64,000 nucleotides of DNA from Oscillospiraceae bacterium (GTDB lineage: Bacteria; Bacillota; Clostridia; Oscillospirales; Ruminococcaceae). A model generated the notes under the pieces. It was not told the DNA's origin, searched no databases, and saw nothing but the letters and a program-made list of their open reading frames with translations. Numbering within the stretch: the stretch's first letter is position 1; each line of letters opens with the position of its first letter. The position numbers and the translations under genes are program-made. The stretch is from positions 10,230 through 74,229 of the forward strand of contig JAJQIF010000016.1 in assembly GCA_021199355.1 (NCBI GenBank), read 5' to 3'. This document shows positions 62,136-64,000 of this stretch, piece after piece.

Positions 62136-62824
62136 TTCGTCACTTCCTCCACCGTCAATCTGTCTCCATCAACCTTAAACCCCACCTTCATCTCGGCAAA
62201 CTCGAATGTATAAACCCTCTCAGGGTCGTCCTGATAGGCGGGTCTCGGGTCGAGGCTGAGAAGGGTTTTCAGATTCTCGAGCTTATCTTCGGGAATTTCT
62301 TGCTCGATTTCGGGAGGGATGGTGACTTGTAGCACATGATGCTCGGCGTCGGCAATGTCGGAGAAGCCGCAGACGGCATCGGGGTGGCTGTCGGAATAAG
62401 CGATATAGGGCTTGATGTCGAAGATAGGAGTGCCGTTCATGAGGTCTGCGCCCGTCACTTCGAGGACTGTGCCCTTGTCGGGGGTCTTCTTCACGCCGAT
62501 GAGCTTCACGGACGAAAGCCCGAGGGAATTGGGACGGAAGGGCGAACGCGTTGCGAACACTCCCACCCGCCTGTTGCCGCCGAGCCTCGGCGGGCGCACC
62601 GTCGGGGAGAAGCCGTCCCGCACCGACTCCGAAAACTGCCAGATAAGCCACAGGTGCGAGAAGCCGTCAATCTCCCGTAGCGCCTGCTCGTCCCGGAATT
62701 CCGGCTCAAATACTATTGTAGATTTCATATTCTCAAGAAGCCCACTCTGCCTCGGAATTCCGAATTTCGAGGTGAAGTCGTTCTCGATATGCGCAATTTG
62801 CTTTATTTCAAAGGTTTTGGACAT
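62132..62824 (-). CDS. trmO: tRNA (t6A37) methyltransferase TrmO (TsaA/YaeB family)
   Basis: FGIPRQSGL, SHLWLIW, RPPRLGG motifs. Start ATG 62824 after AAGAGGGA. Confidence 0.8.
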   Translation of the reverse strand: MSKTFEIKQIAHIENDFTSKFGIPRQSGLLENMKSTIVFEPEFRDEQALREIDGFSHLWLIWQFSESVRDGFSPTVRPPRLGGNRRVGVFATRSPFRPNSLGLSSVKLIGVKKTPDKGTVLEVTGADLMNGTPIFDIKPYIAYSDSHPDAVCGFSDIADAEHHVLQVTIPPEIEQEIPEDKLENLKTLLSLDPRPAYQDDPERVYTFEFAEMKVGFKVDGDRLTVEEVTK

Positions 62825-62984
62825 TGTAGTCCCTCTTTTCAACTCTTTTTAAACAGTATAACAGATTCCACGCCACCTTTCAATAAAATTCCCCGACATT
62901 TTCTCAAAACTGTGCCCTTTTCAAGTTGTGTTCAGGTGAATTTTATGCTAAAATAAGGTTAATAAAAGCTTGGAGGCGGCAGTT

Positions 62985-64000
62985 ATGGCAGACAAAAAGT
63001 ACATCTTGGCTCTCGACGAGGGCACAACGAGCGCTCGCGCGATTCTCTTCGACAAAAACGCGAAGATTATCGGGATTTCACAGCAGGAGATCCCGCAGTT
63101 TTTCCCGCATCCCGCATGGGTCGAGCAGGACCCAATGGACATCTATGCCAGTCAATACGCCGCCATGACAGAGTGCGTCCTGAAAAGCGGCATTTCGCCC
63201 GCTGAAATCGCCGGAATCGGCATCACAAATCAGCGCGAGACGACGATTGTCTGGGACGCCGAAACCTCAAAGCCGATTTTCAACGCCATTGTCTGGCAAT
63301 GCAGACGCACCTCGGACATCTGCGAGGAGATTCTTGCGAGCGGCGAGGGAGATTACATAGCCGAAACGACCGGGCTTCGGGTCGACGCCTATTTCAGCGC
63401 CACAAAAATCAAGTGGATTCTTGACAACGTCGAAGGCGCCCGTGAGAAAGCCGACAGGGGCGAGCTCCGATTCGGCACAGTCGACACTTGGCTCGTCTGG
63501 AAGCTGACGGGCGGAAAAGTTTACGTCACAGACCGCACCAACGCCTCCCGCACGATGCTGTATAACATAGACAAGGACGACTGGGACGACAGGCTCTTGG
63601 GGCTCTTCGGGATTCCGCGCTCGATGCTCCCCGAAATCCGCTCGTCAAGCGAGATTTACGGCTACACCGAGATTATGGGAGAACGGATTCCCATATGCGG
63701 AATTGCCGGCGATCAGCAGGCGGCGCTCTTCGGGCAGTGCTGTTTCGAGGAGGGCGACGCCAAGAACACCTATGGCACCGGTTGCTTCTTACTCTCCCAT
63801 ACCGGAAACCGCAGGGTCACGAGCTCACATGGGCTTGTAACGACCGCGGCGGCTTCGGAAAAAGGCAAGCCGAGAGAATTCGCACTCGAGGGGAGCGTTT
63901 TTGTCGGCGGAGCGGTTATCCAGTGGCTTCGGGACGAAATGAGGCTCATTGCGGAAGCCAAGGACAGCGAGTATTTCGCCGAGAAGGTTCCCGACTGTGC
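62985..64000 (+). CDS. glpK: Glycerol kinase (3' end beyond the window)
   Basis: GGAGG SD; [23 protein letters not shown]...[13 protein letters not shown]...FGTVDTWL. The ORF runs off the window end. Confidence 0.9.
   Translation, partial: MADKKYILALDEGTTSARAILFDKNAKIIGISQQEIPQFFPHPAWVEQDPMDIYASQYAAMTECVLKSGISPAEIAGIGITNQRETTIVWDAETSKPIFNAIVWQCRRTSDICEEILASGEGDYIAETTGLRVDAYFSATKIKWILDNVEGAREKADRGELRFGTVDTWLVWKLTGGKVYVTDRTNASRTMLYNIDKDDWDDRLLGLFGIPRSMLPEIRSSSEIYGYTEIMGERIPICGIAGDQQAALFGQCCFEEGDAKNTYGTGCFLLSHTGNRRVTSSHGLVTTAAASEKGKPREFALEGSVFVGGAVIQWLRDEMRLIAEAKDSEYFAEKVPDC

Overview
This 64-kb window looks like chromosomal DNA from a spore-forming Clostridia lineage, probably Oscillospiraceae/Ruminococcaceae-like; that placement is inferred from gene content (gpr, spoIIIE/ftsK, tepA-ylzJ, ricT) and moderately high GC. 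Most of it is housekeeping: smpB plus tmRNA, aspS-hisS, mgsA, rpsT, glmM-glmS, PBP1A, an ispH/S1 fusion, a cmk/plsC fusion, ftsK, uppP, xylB, holB-ricT-darA and glpK. I found no rRNA, tRNA, CRISPR array, transposase or integrase.

Accessory content:
- Three paralogous orphan solute-binding-like lipoproteins.
- Two ABC export systems.
- A TetR-linked pair of operons that share a duplicated ~90-bp promoter/operator module.
- A three-gene operon of two sirtuin-like proteins (the catalytic His is Gln in both) plus a PARG-like macrodomain protein.
- Type II TA modules: Phd-VapC with a translationally coupled APH-like kinase, Phd-Doc, and a MazF with no antitoxin ORF.
- An ECF sigma/anti-sigma operon.
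- Tandem LexA boxes next to a YnzC(DUF896)-WYL operon.

The strongest candidate for something undescribed is invisible to the >=60-aa ORF track. Two paralogous loci (12.1-12.5 kb and 52.9-53.3 kb) each have face-to-face consensus sigma-A promoters. Each encodes a 29-30-aa hydrophobic, Lys-Lys-tailed peptide with a sequestered SD, plus a convergent antisense RNA. In each, the terminator of the peptide mRNA doubles as the -35 of the antisense promoter. Compensatory base changes between the two copies support both a 5'/3' panhandle and the hairpins. This is a type I toxin-antitoxin-like architecture, and I cannot place the peptide in any known toxin family.

Several families of short intergenic hairpin repeats are also present. 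All functional calls rest on motif recognition by eye; no database searches were run.
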